The position numbers and the translations under genes are program-made. Positions 18,854-27,994 of a stretch of 64,000 nt of DNA are shown piece by piece (the first letter of the stretch is position 1; each line of letters opens with the position of its first letter). The notes below the pieces were generated by a model. That model had not been told where the DNA came from. It made no database searches and was given only the letters and a program-made list of their open reading frames with translations. The DNA is from a virus. The DNA lies in the IMG/VR virus record IMGVR_UViG_3300027518_000005; one strand, given 5' to 3'.

Positions 18854-19735
18854 TTAACCTACAAATTTTTTATTTTTCAAGAACCTCATTAATTGTGGTA
18901 TCTCCCCCGCTTTCACATCTTTAAGTATATCATTGAATTTAGCTTCCATAGAGGGTTCTACTGTTGATGCCAAAGGAACTGTGACACGATTTTCTGCCTT
19001 GATTGGGGTTTGTTGAGTTGTTGGCTTGGTTTGAAGTTTTGTCAATTTATCAGTAATATTTTTAAGGGTGTCTAATTGATTAGCCGCATCGGGTCTAAAT
19101 ATTACCATTTTAGCCAATGCTTTTTTTGAAATATCATCTAAATCACCATCAGAGTCTATATTAAGTTTAACAAATGGTGTGTTTTCTGCCTGAATTTCTT
19201 TTATTGCATCTGTATTAAATCTTCTGTAAGAATTAACTATTCCATTATGTATTTGAATAATTTTTTGTGCGTTCTCTGTCCCCTGTTCAAAAATATCAGA
19301 CTTTAATATAGGAGTTAAATCCGAGGATATAAAATCAACATCTTCAATATCATCTTGAGCATAAAGATTATTAAATGTTATAAATCCTTTTCTTGACATT
19401 TTTGATTTATCAGTTTGTGTTTTTAAAAAGTCCTGTAAAAACTTAATAGCCGGGTTATTATCAAAACCTGTTTCAATAACAAGTTTTTCAAGATAGTCTC
19501 TAAAGTCTTTTATTTTATCTAACTCTGCACCTGGAAACATTTCTTCCATATAGCTATTTAAAATAACTTTTTGAGGAGAATTTGCTTTATCACCACCGGC
19601 TGTTCCAGCAACTGCGTTAAAAGCTTTTTGATATTCACCTTTACTTACAAAATCAGCAACTTCTGTAGAAAGAACTCCAGCAGGGATTGGAGTCTTTTCA
19701 ACTAATATTTGTTCATTTAATTGTATTAGTTTCAT
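18854..19735 (-). CDS. Hypothetical protein, possible head-internal protein
   Basis: 293 aa. The N-terminal MKLIQLNEQILVE carries two L-x-E motifs. Confidence 0.5.
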   Translation of the reverse strand: MKLIQLNEQILVEKTPIPAGVLSTEVADFVSKGEYQKAFNAVAGTAGGDKANSPQKVILNSYMEEMFPGAELDKIKDFRDYLEKLVIETGFDNNPAIKFLQDFLKTQTDKSKMSRKGFITFNNLYAQDDIEDVDFISSDLTPILKSDIFEQGTENAQKIIQIHNGIVNSYRRFNTDAIKEIQAENTPFVKLNIDSDGDLDDISKKALAKMVIFRPDAANQLDTLKNITDKLTKLQTKPTTQQTPIKAENRVTVPLASTVEPSMEAKFNDILKDVKAGEIPQLMRFLKNKKFVG

Positions 19736-19738
19736 ATA

Positions 19739-20233
19739 TTACTCCTCTGTATTTAGCAAGTTAAAGTCATTCTTTTCATGGTCAACTTGACCTTTTTCAA
19801 ACGTATTTTCATATTCTGGTGCTAACATGCAAGATATACTCGCAGGATAAACCATGGTGGTAGACATTCTAACAACACGGAAAAGCCTGCCTTTAGAACC
19901 ATCTATACCACTTGGAACAATAAATAAGGCACCTACTTGAAGCTTTTCAAGGTCATATGGAACATAGATAACAGACATAGTTTCATTTTGTTCTGCGTTC
20001 CAACCTAACTTCTTCATAGTCCAAACCGTTGGATGTTCTTCAAAAATACAGCCTACAAGAATTGGTTCATAGTAAAATGTATCAAGCTCACCATATTTAT
20101 CCCAAGTTTTATTCTCTCTCGGAGCTCGGTAAATAACATTTATTCCAAGGAGATTTGTCATTTCCTTAAAATATCTACGGTAAAGCTTAATGTTATTTTT
20201 GTTTAAAAGTAATCCAGTATCTTGTTTTTCCAT
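19739..20233 (-). CDS. Neck / head-closure protein (T4 gp14-like)
   Basis: Y...F.E...L.GI.V.Y..P......D.YGE pattern and neck-region position. Confidence 0.6.
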   Translation of the reverse strand: MEKQDTGLLLNKNNIKLYRRYFKEMTNLLGINVIYRAPRENKTWDKYGELDTFYYEPILVGCIFEEHPTVWTMKKLGWNAEQNETMSVIYVPYDLEKLQVGALFIVPSGIDGSKGRLFRVVRMSTTMVYPASISCMLAPEYENTFEKGQVDHEKNDFNLLNTEE

Positions 20234-20237
20234 TTAT

Positions 20238-22172
20238 TTACAGTTTGGTTGGGTTTTTAACCTGACCATATACCTTTTTAGTATCTACTTTATAACTATA
20301 GGTTAAGCTTTCACTTAACATATTGTCACCTTCGACAGACCCAACAAGGGTAAATGCTTTCTTTTTGGTAAACGTTTCGTTAATTCCTACAAACTTAATC
20401 TTACCCTTTTTGGTAATTTCTCTGGCTTCAAAAACAAACTTAGTATCTTTAATAACACCACTCTTGAAAGTTATCTTACCTTCAATAATGATTTTGTTTG
20501 AAGAGTTATCGATTTTACCTTGAGTAGTAGAGTAAGATTGAATATTATCATACACTTCAGATAAGTACTTTTTAACAAGTCTGTCAAATTTAGACTCATT
20601 AAAACTTTCTAACATAACATCTTGATATTTTTCTGACATTTTATCTTCCTTCACTTCTTTTTTAGTTTCAACTAAAGATTCAGCAACTGGTTCTTCTGGA
20701 ATCAAGGATGCCTTAGATTTTTTCTTTTTATCCTTTTTTTCTTCTTTAGGTTGTTCGGGGGTTAGTTCTACTTGTACTTGTTCTTCTTCAGCTTTAATTT
20801 CTTCAACTGGTTGTTCTTCTTTAGGTTGTTCTACAGGTTTTTCTTCTGCGGGCTTTCCTTCTGCTGGTTGAACCATAGGTGGTTCAGGTTTTACTTCTGT
20901 TGCAACATTTAGTGCAGCCACTTGACCAATTAATTCAAAACCATCTTTAGCACCACAGTGTGGGCAATCTTCACCAACATTATAAAGGTTTTCACCTTCG
21001 GCAGTTTCGCCCTCAGGTTTAACTAAATCTTTAGGGTCTTTATAAATCATAGTACGGCAAACAGGGCATTGAAGAATTGTGCTTCCGATGTAAGACTTCT
21101 TTAAATCATCCACCGTTTCAGCATTGACATCAACGATTTGTTCTATTTTTTCCTCTTCTTTATTTGCTGTTAAAACTTCTTTAGCATCTGCCATTTCATC
21201 TTTGTCTCTTAAAGAGAATTGTTGAGATTCTTTTAATGATTCAGATGTGTCCCATTGAATATTAGTTACCACAGCGTTTTCACCCTTAATTTTGTAGTCA
21301 TAGTTATGAAACACAAAATCAAAGTTAGAATCTAACCAAGAAGTTATTGCTTCTTCTAAATCCCCACCTTCTTCAAACTCATCCTCATCATGAACAAGCT
21401 CAGAACGGTGAATTATAACAATTTTAGGAAGATTGGGTTTATCTTTATCTTCTTTTATAGGCTTGACAGGTTCTTCTTTCTTAGCTTCTGCAATAGGCAT
21501 TCCCCAAGAAACAAGATAACCACCCTTGTCTAAATCCCATTGAATTTTATAATCTGTGATATTATTTTTAGTAACAAACTCACCTGCAGGTAAATCGCCA
21601 TCTTCTCCTGGGAAGAATTGGGATTGTGAAGCAGCTTCATTAAAACCTGTAAGTTGTAATGTTTCTTCTTTTTTATGTTCTTTTTCTTCTGGTTTTACTT
21701 CTTCAAGCTTTTCTCCTACTTGTTCACCTTGAACAATGATTTCTTCAGCTGCGGCAACAACATCATCAACCTTAACATCCAATGGTTCAACTTTATCACC
21801 TTCAGCTTCTTTTAGCTTATCCGTAGGTAAGTCTTCAAGTTCAGCAATAAAATTACGTTCTTCATCTAAAATCTGAACAAGAACATCTTCAATATTTTTA
21901 AGGTCAAATTCGTCAAACTGAATATCTGCTGATTCACCATCTTTTAATGCTTCAAAGAATAGAGAGTATTCTTTACCTTCAAATTCAAAGTCATGCGTAA
22001 AGACGTAAGAACCTGCTTCTATAAACAAATCTTTAATTGTTTTGTTTTCAGGTTCGTCTAAAACAGCAATTTCTTCTTCCTTTGCTTCTTTTAAAGGTTT
22101 ACGAGTAATTGGCTCTATTTTAATATCGATGTCCTCTAATGCCTTGAATGCTTTTGTAATAATATCGTTCAT
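20238..22172 (-). CDS. Acidic head-associated protein with a zinc ribbon (CPVC...CPHC) and many L-x-E motifs
   Basis: 644 aa, E/K-rich, with PLKE|A, KLKE|A, DLEE|A, SLKE|S, SLVE|T and MLE|S motifs and a four-Cys ribbon. Confidence 0.55.
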   Translation of the reverse strand: MNDIITKAFKALEDIDIKIEPITRKPLKEAKEEEIAVLDEPENKTIKDLFIEAGSYVFTHDFEFEGKEYSLFFEALKDGESADIQFDEFDLKNIEDVLVQILDEERNFIAELEDLPTDKLKEAEGDKVEPLDVKVDDVVAAAEEIIVQGEQVGEKLEEVKPEEKEHKKEETLQLTGFNEAASQSQFFPGEDGDLPAGEFVTKNNITDYKIQWDLDKGGYLVSWGMPIAEAKKEEPVKPIKEDKDKPNLPKIVIIHRSELVHDEDEFEEGGDLEEAITSWLDSNFDFVFHNYDYKIKGENAVVTNIQWDTSESLKESQQFSLRDKDEMADAKEVLTANKEEEKIEQIVDVNAETVDDLKKSYIGSTILQCPVCRTMIYKDPKDLVKPEGETAEGENLYNVGEDCPHCGAKDGFELIGQVAALNVATEVKPEPPMVQPAEGKPAEEKPVEQPKEEQPVEEIKAEEEQVQVELTPEQPKEEKKDKKKKSKASLIPEEPVAESLVETKKEVKEDKMSEKYQDVMLESFNESKFDRLVKKYLSEVYDNIQSYSTTQGKIDNSSNKIIIEGKITFKSGVIKDTKFVFEAREITKKGKIKFVGINETFTKKKAFTLVGSVEGDNMLSESLTYSYKVDTKKVYGQVKNPTKL

Positions 22173-22187
22173 ATTTTTCTCCTTATT

Positions 22188-22904
22188 TTAATCCATTGGA
22201 TATATCATTTGACTATTTACTCTCAGAGTTTCTCTTAAGGTTTTTAGTTCATCATTACCTTCTGCGAGCATTTCATCTGAGTCTTGAGTCCAAAGAGCAT
22301 TAGATTGTTTATATCTTCCTCTAACTCTACCAAGAATAACCTTAGTATGAGCAATGGATAGCCTTTGAATAATATCTGTCCAGTAATCACTCTTAACATC
22401 TTCTACGCTTTGAAATATAGGGATGTATTCAATGGTAATAGAAGCAGGTTTATCAAACCCTTGATTAATATAAAGTTTGTTAGTTTGACGGTCTTGCTTA
22501 AAAGCAAGGTCAGTAGTAGTTGTGTTTCTTAATTGTAATAGTGTATTATAAGACATGTAGTTAAGAATATAGTCATTTAAGTTATACATAGTGCCACCGT
22601 TAGTGAATGCCATCCACATTTGGGCATACATTGGGTCAGATACAGTCGTAGGTCCACCAGTAGCAGTATCACCTGTATAACCTTCGGTTCTAAAGATTCT
22701 AGAGACAGAGCTTACCTTAGTGCTAGTTAAATCAATACAACTGGCAAAAGGAACTGTAATAAGTTCCGTAGAGTCAATATACCTTTGAACTTCTTGTAGG
22801 GTTCTAGTCACAACCTGGGCTAAGACTTCGTCGCTTAGCTCAAGCTCTAAAACACCACCAGTAAGTTCTAGTTTTATGTTATCGATATACTTTTGCATTT
22901 CCAT
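22188..22904 (-). CDS. Neck / head-tail adaptor (T4 gp13-like)
   Basis: I.L.L.GG.LELEL.DE and W...I.R...A..K.ILG.VR..Y...EG..E...L.E.L.....PM are gp13-family motifs. Confidence 0.8.
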   Translation of the reverse strand: MEMQKYIDNIKLELTGGVLELELSDEVLAQVVTRTLQEVQRYIDSTELITVPFASCIDLTSTKVSSVSRIFRTEGYTGDTATGGPTTVSDPMYAQMWMAFTNGGTMYNLNDYILNYMSYNTLLQLRNTTTTDLAFKQDRQTNKLYINQGFDKPASITIEYIPIFQSVEDVKSDYWTDIIQRLSIAHTKVILGRVRGRYKQSNALWTQDSDEMLAEGNDELKTLRETLRVNSQMIYPMD

Positions 22905-22932
22905 TGTTATTTTTAACCCTCTTTACTTCATA

Positions 22933-22941
22933 TAATTTAGC
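22933..22941 (-). promoter_or_regulatory. GCTAAATTA motif (before the neck gene)
   Basis: Exact intergenic copy. Confidence 0.7.
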
Positions 22942-22984
22942 CAACGTATTTCGCTGAATATCGGCAATAAAGACATGGTTTTAG

Positions 22985-25900
22985 TTATTTTTTCTTTCCG
23001 AGAAGAACTGACAGCTCTTCCGCTGCCTTTTTATAGTCAACCTTAGCCAACTTATCGTGAGACACATTAAGCTCGTCTTTTTGGAGTTCGTTGTCCCAAA
23101 CTGAGAATTGGTTGAAGATTCTAGCTACTTCTTTGGCGAGAGAGCTTGTCAATGTATAGCTTATTTCACCAGAACCGTCATATAAACCAAGATATTGCTG
23201 ACCAAAGCTATTACCAATAACTTCTAATATTAACTTAATATCAGCATCGGTTATTTCAGGTCTAAAGAAAGAAACTTGAAATCCTGACTTCAAATCTTGC
23301 TTTTCAGGTACGCCCTTATCATTAATAAGGTAGGTTCCACCTTTATCTTGTTTAACCATTTGAGCCAATCTATCAATTTCAGCTTTAGTTGAAACAATGC
23401 CTTCTTCTAATGCTTCTGTTATAGGTTCTGATTGTAGAGATAACTCACGAGACTTTAATTTATTTTTTAAAACTTTTAAGTTGTCTAAATAACCTAAAGA
23501 ACGCATTTCTTTAAACACAAGGTTACCGATAGAGTATTCTCCATCTGTTTTTAATGAAACCTTTCTTAATTCATAAATATCTTCTATAAACTCATCAATT
23601 TGTTCAATTTTCTCAGATTCCAAGGATTCTTGCATGACATCGATAGGCTTTTCATCTGGGCCAATTTCTTTTTCACCTTTAATCAGTTCAAAGTACATAT
23701 CTTCCCACTTTGAAAACTCTGCATTAAACTTTTCTTGGTCTAATTCTGGAATATTTTCTTTAACCGGTTCTTTAACCCAACCAGTGTTAAGGCTATATAT
23801 ACCATTAGAAACTGTTTGAGTTTCATCTGTATCAACAAATAATTCAACACCAACACCATAGAAGTCTATTTCATACTTCTTGTTAAAGATAGAACGATAT
23901 GAGCTATAAAGGAATGGATATAGTTCACCAGGACATTCCAACTGTTCAGTATCAACAATAAGGTGAACATCTAAGTCACTTGTATCACTATAGTTGTATG
24001 AAGCGTTAGAACCAATAATTACAATATCTTTAATGATAATTTTAATACCGTTTTCTTCTAAGCCTTCAACAAATAGGTCTACAATATCAAATATTTTATC
24101 AGCAACTTCTGCTTTTAACTTTCCACCTTCCCAAAATTTTGGGTTTAAGGTTTCATGTTTTTCAACTTTTTCAGTTAGACAGTATTGTTCTTCAATAGCT
24201 TCTCCTAAACCAGCAGGGGCAGAGCCAGCACCAGATGAACTAGCACTTGCTGGTGCAACATAACCAGCTGATGAAGGTGAGGTTTGTGGACCAGAACCTG
24301 TAGAGACTCTGGAATTAAACCTATTAATGTTATTTTGAACATTACCTGAACCTAAAACTGTAAACCAACCACGAGCACCTTTCTTATCAGTTTTCTTGTG
24401 TCTCTTAGCAGCTTTCTTTAAATCGTCTTTACTTGGTTTACCAGAAAAATCTTTAGAGGCTTCTTCTAAGTTGACCATAGCTTTAGGGTCAACCCATTCT
24501 TCTCTTACATCTAAACCAGCAGTAGCAAAACCATCATTCATTAACCCAAAACTATAAGTAATGTGAAATTTACGGGTTGGGTCAAATTTATGAATAACTT
24601 CAGACATTCTGTCATATTCTTTTTCAAAGTTTTCTTCTGTAAACTTATTTTCTTTGCTCTTTATTTGAATGTGAACCTCACCTTCTGGAGATACTTCTTT
24701 ATAATCAGGTCTAACTGATTCAATGTTATAACCATTAGCTTTTAACACTTCTAAAAAGCTATCAACGACTTCTTTTGAGGGTGGAACTAATTCTTCTTCT
24801 AAATCTTCATCATCTTTAACATCAATTTCTATTTGGTTAAGACCTTTTCCAGAGTCTATTTTCTTATAACCCATACCACCATAACCGCCACCACCTAACT
24901 CTGTTAAGAAATACTTTTCTTTCATGGTGTATAAAAACTCTTCTATGTGTGCTTTTTGTTCTTCGTTAAAACCATTTTCATATGGTACATAAAGTTGATA
25001 TGCTTCATAGTACCCTGATTGAATGGTAACAGGTTCATCATCTGTTTCAAATTTGTTTCTAAAATCATAATTAAAACTATCGACATCTTCTCTTAAGTTT
25101 GATAGTTCATTATTTGCTTCATCTAACATTGTAACGTCATAATCGGAAGATATTTCTTCAATTCTTTCTTGAATTAAATCATCAATTTCATCTTCAGACA
25201 TATTGTTAAACTCTTCTGCATGGTTTTCTACAACATAGTCCCTTGCTTCATCCATCCATTCTGCATATTTTTCTTCATAATCAACCCAAACAAGTAATGG
25301 AAAGTTTTTCATTGTTGAAAAGTTAGACGCACCTTCTGTTAGTACTTTGCTTTCATAAATACCTTTATGTTTAGCTCTTCTAGTATAGCTTCCTTTTCCT
25401 TTCTTAGCTTTAAAGGTTTGAGCCTTAACTCTACCCCACATGGCTTTAGCATTGTAATCTCTAGCTTTAGATGGTTTCTTTTTAGCTTCACGTAAATCTT
25501 TATCTGCTGTGTAATATGTTTTACCTTTTGTAATATAAGAGTTTACCCTTGCCATACCCCATTGTTGTGGAGTTGTTCCCGGTCTATGCCCAGAGTTCCA
25601 AGCTGCTACTCCACGTGCATAAACTTTCTTTAAAGTTGAAAGAGCAACACCTGATTCTTTAGCTTTCTTAGATAATCCAGCATTAGCTGCTTCATCTAAT
25701 TCAATTTCTTCTCCATACATTTGACGATATTTTTTAGTATATTCCGACTCTTTAGTTTTAGCATTGGCATCACCTGGAGCAGGTTTATATGCTGAAGGGT
25801 CTTTATCACTTTTCTTAGCCATTTTGTCCCAATGTGCAGCACGTTTCTTTGCTGTAGACTTAGAAAGACCTGCTACATACTTTTTAGGTAATCCAGATTC

Positions 25901-26164
25901 CTTATCTTTAGGAACTGATGCAAATTTCTTCTCTTCACCTAAATCTTTCTTAGCATCTTTTTCCATGGCTAAAAGTCTATCATAATAGTCGGGTATTTCT
26001 ACAAGATGGTCCATAGCTATTTTTCTAGCTTCTTCTTCACTTGAAGTGTGTTCTTTTTCAACTTTAATACCTTTTTCAACTTGAAGCTCAATAGCTTTAA
26101 TACCTGTTTTGTGTTTCTCTGCAATGTCTTCAATTGACATTCCTTGTGACATACGTTTTTCCAT
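22985..26164 (-). CDS. Multi-module putative head cargo polyprotein (basic modules, ArfA-like peptide, nucleotidyltransferase, possible SAM-lyase-like domain)
   Basis: Start moved to ATG 26164, which has an AGGAGA SD. About nine unrelated segments are separated by L/I-x-E motifs. Contains GSNASYNYSDTSDLDVH (NTase) and KKGKGSYTRRAKH (ArfA-like). Confidence 0.75.
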   Translation of the reverse strand: MEKRMSQGMSIEDIAEKHKTGIKAIELQVEKGIKVEKEHTSSEEEARKIAMDHLVEIPDYYDRLLAMEKDAKKDLGEEKKFASVPKDKESGLPKKYVAGLSKSTAKKRAAHWDKMAKKSDKDPSAYKPAPGDANAKTKESEYTKKYRQMYGEEIELDEAANAGLSKKAKESGVALSTLKKVYARGVAAWNSGHRPGTTPQQWGMARVNSYITKGKTYYTADKDLREAKKKPSKARDYNAKAMWGRVKAQTFKAKKGKGSYTRRAKHKGIYESKVLTEGASNFSTMKNFPLLVWVDYEEKYAEWMDEARDYVVENHAEEFNNMSEDEIDDLIQERIEEISSDYDVTMLDEANNELSNLREDVDSFNYDFRNKFETDDEPVTIQSGYYEAYQLYVPYENGFNEEQKAHIEEFLYTMKEKYFLTELGGGGYGGMGYKKIDSGKGLNQIEIDVKDDEDLEEELVPPSKEVVDSFLEVLKANGYNIESVRPDYKEVSPEGEVHIQIKSKENKFTEENFEKEYDRMSEVIHKFDPTRKFHITYSFGLMNDGFATAGLDVREEWVDPKAMVNLEEASKDFSGKPSKDDLKKAAKRHKKTDKKGARGWFTVLGSGNVQNNINRFNSRVSTGSGPQTSPSSAGYVAPASASSSGAGSAPAGLGEAIEEQYCLTEKVEKHETLNPKFWEGGKLKAEVADKIFDIVDLFVEGLEENGIKIIIKDIVIIGSNASYNYSDTSDLDVHLIVDTEQLECPGELYPFLYSSYRSIFNKKYEIDFYGVGVELFVDTDETQTVSNGIYSLNTGWVKEPVKENIPELDQEKFNAEFSKWEDMYFELIKGEKEIGPDEKPIDVMQESLESEKIEQIDEFIEDIYELRKVSLKTDGEYSIGNLVFKEMRSLGYLDNLKVLKNKLKSRELSLQSEPITEALEEGIVSTKAEIDRLAQMVKQDKGGTYLINDKGVPEKQDLKSGFQVSFFRPEITDADIKLILEVIGNSFGQQYLGLYDGSGEISYTLTSSLAKEVARIFNQFSVWDNELQKDELNVSHDKLAKVDYKKAAEELSVLLGKKK

Positions 26165-26175
26165 AATTTCTCCTT

Positions 26176-27960
26176 TTACCATTTTACTTTGTCGGCCCAG
26201 TAGGCAGCAGACATTTTACCTTTCTTAATGTTTTTAGCGTGTCTAGCTTTGAAACTCTTTCTTTTAGCCTTCATTCTTTCAGATTCACCCTTCTTAGGCT
26301 TACCTGCTGTCTTAGCACCCTGCTCACCAAACCTTATTGTTTTAATCTTATCACCCTCTTTAGCCACAACAATATGTGACTTAGTAGGATGGTTGGGTGT
26401 GCGTTTAGGTTGATTGTATCCTGAAACACCCGCTTTTACAAGTCTTGGGTCTTTATTTTTACCTTCATTGATGGTTAATTGTTCGGGTGAGAATATTTCA
26501 GAATCACCAAAATCGTGAGCTAATTCAGCAAATAGTTCCATAAAATTAGCGTAACGTTTAACTTCTCTTCCTGCAAAATAACTTAAAGGTTCTTTACCAA
26601 TTAAATGCAAATCCTGTATCGTACTTGGTTTTGCATTATATTGAATTACAGGACTCATTGTGTCATCACCTTCAATTTTGTAAATAGACCATATTCCTCT
26701 ATAATCTTTATTGGGGTCTAATAACACACCTTCAAATCCACTAACGTCATCTGCAATCACATAAACAACATTTTCAACAATAATACTACCCCATGAATGT
26801 GATTTTTCATAAGCCTGTTGTATGTTATGAGCAACTTTACTTACTAAAGAGGGTTCTAATAAATCTTCAGACTCTTCTGTTAAACTTTCATCAAACTGTT
26901 TTGGTATTTCATAGAACCTGTCGTCTATTAACCAAAAAATTCTATCTTTATATTCTTCTTCTCCGTCTTCTTGTACATAATATAAAAGGTCCTCTAAACT
27001 ATAGTCCCAAATAAAACCGTCTTCATAATCTTTTCCATACAGGTCCATATACTCTTCTAAAGTATGTCCCTCTTCATAATTAAAGGGCAAGTCTTTAGAG
27101 GGTTCTAATTCAATACCTTCATTTGTTCTATAGTATCTTTCTATAACATCTGGTATAACAATATCAATATAAAATTTTATATCTAAAATTTCTTTTAAAT
27201 CTCCCACATTATCATAACCAAGCTCATCACTATAAATCCATACACTCGAATTTTTTTTCTTTATGGAGAAATCAAACCAGTTTCCAGCATCAAAATAAAG
27301 AGAATTATCTTGAGTAACTGACTCTAACTGTTCGTCAGTAAATATTCCGTTTTCTTCTAGGTCTTGAGCATCTCTTAAAGCACCGTCAACCCCATCTAAA
27401 AACATTTTAACATCACCGTGGCAAGCAATCAATATTTCAAAATTATTATATTCAAGTAACGCAATTTTACCAAAGTACCAAATAGAATCTAATCTTTGAG
27501 GTGAAATACCTTGATAGAACTCTATTTTGGCACCATACGATGCGGCTTTGTCTATAAACTTAGACATAAACTGCTCCGAACCTTTTTTAGCCTCTACTTC
27601 TGGGTTTAATGGTTCTAAGTCAACTTCTTCCTTTTCTTCTTTAATTTCTTCTTTTAAAGGCCATTCTTCTATCGTTGGTACTTCTCCGTAGAACTCTTGG
27701 TACATCTTGTCTATGGCTTCCTTAAGGCAACCTTCTGCACAAAGGATAAGACCACCTACCATTGTTTCTTCTGGAAAGGCTTTATAAACTTTATAACCAT
27801 TATCTAGAGCTACTTGAGCAATCTGTTCTTCAGACATGTCAAAATCAACAGTATCAACTATGTCACGAACAAAGCAGAAAAAGGGTACATCTTCCCCATT
27901 CTCATCCTTAATGTGAGTATGTTTGTAAATTAACTTTAGAAGGTCTTTGTTATTTTCCAT
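26176..27960 (-). CDS. Multi-module putative head cargo polyprotein (four acidic modules plus a basic C-terminal module)
   Basis: Boundaries at LKE|EIKE|, TNE|G, LTE|E and INE|G. Modules are shared with 27995..29836 and 48056..50224. Ends in basic RKSFKARH...SAAYWADKVKW. Confidence 0.7.
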   Translation of the reverse strand: MENNKDLLKLIYKHTHIKDENGEDVPFFCFVRDIVDTVDFDMSEEQIAQVALDNGYKVYKAFPEETMVGGLILCAEGCLKEAIDKMYQEFYGEVPTIEEWPLKEEIKEEKEEVDLEPLNPEVEAKKGSEQFMSKFIDKAASYGAKIEFYQGISPQRLDSIWYFGKIALLEYNNFEILIACHGDVKMFLDGVDGALRDAQDLEENGIFTDEQLESVTQDNSLYFDAGNWFDFSIKKKNSSVWIYSDELGYDNVGDLKEILDIKFYIDIVIPDVIERYYRTNEGIELEPSKDLPFNYEEGHTLEEYMDLYGKDYEDGFIWDYSLEDLLYYVQEDGEEEYKDRIFWLIDDRFYEIPKQFDESLTEESEDLLEPSLVSKVAHNIQQAYEKSHSWGSIIVENVVYVIADDVSGFEGVLLDPNKDYRGIWSIYKIEGDDTMSPVIQYNAKPSTIQDLHLIGKEPLSYFAGREVKRYANFMELFAELAHDFGDSEIFSPEQLTINEGKNKDPRLVKAGVSGYNQPKRTPNHPTKSHIVVAKEGDKIKTIRFGEQGAKTAGKPKKGESERMKAKRKSFKARHAKNIKKGKMSAAYWADKVKW

Positions 27961-27983
27961 TGGTAATCCTTATAATTATCATA

Positions 27984-27992
27984 TAATTTAGC
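27984..27992 (-). promoter_or_regulatory. GCTAAATTA motif (before 26176..27960)
   Basis: Exact copy within a 34-bp intergenic gap. Confidence 0.7.
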
Positions 27993-27994
27993 GA

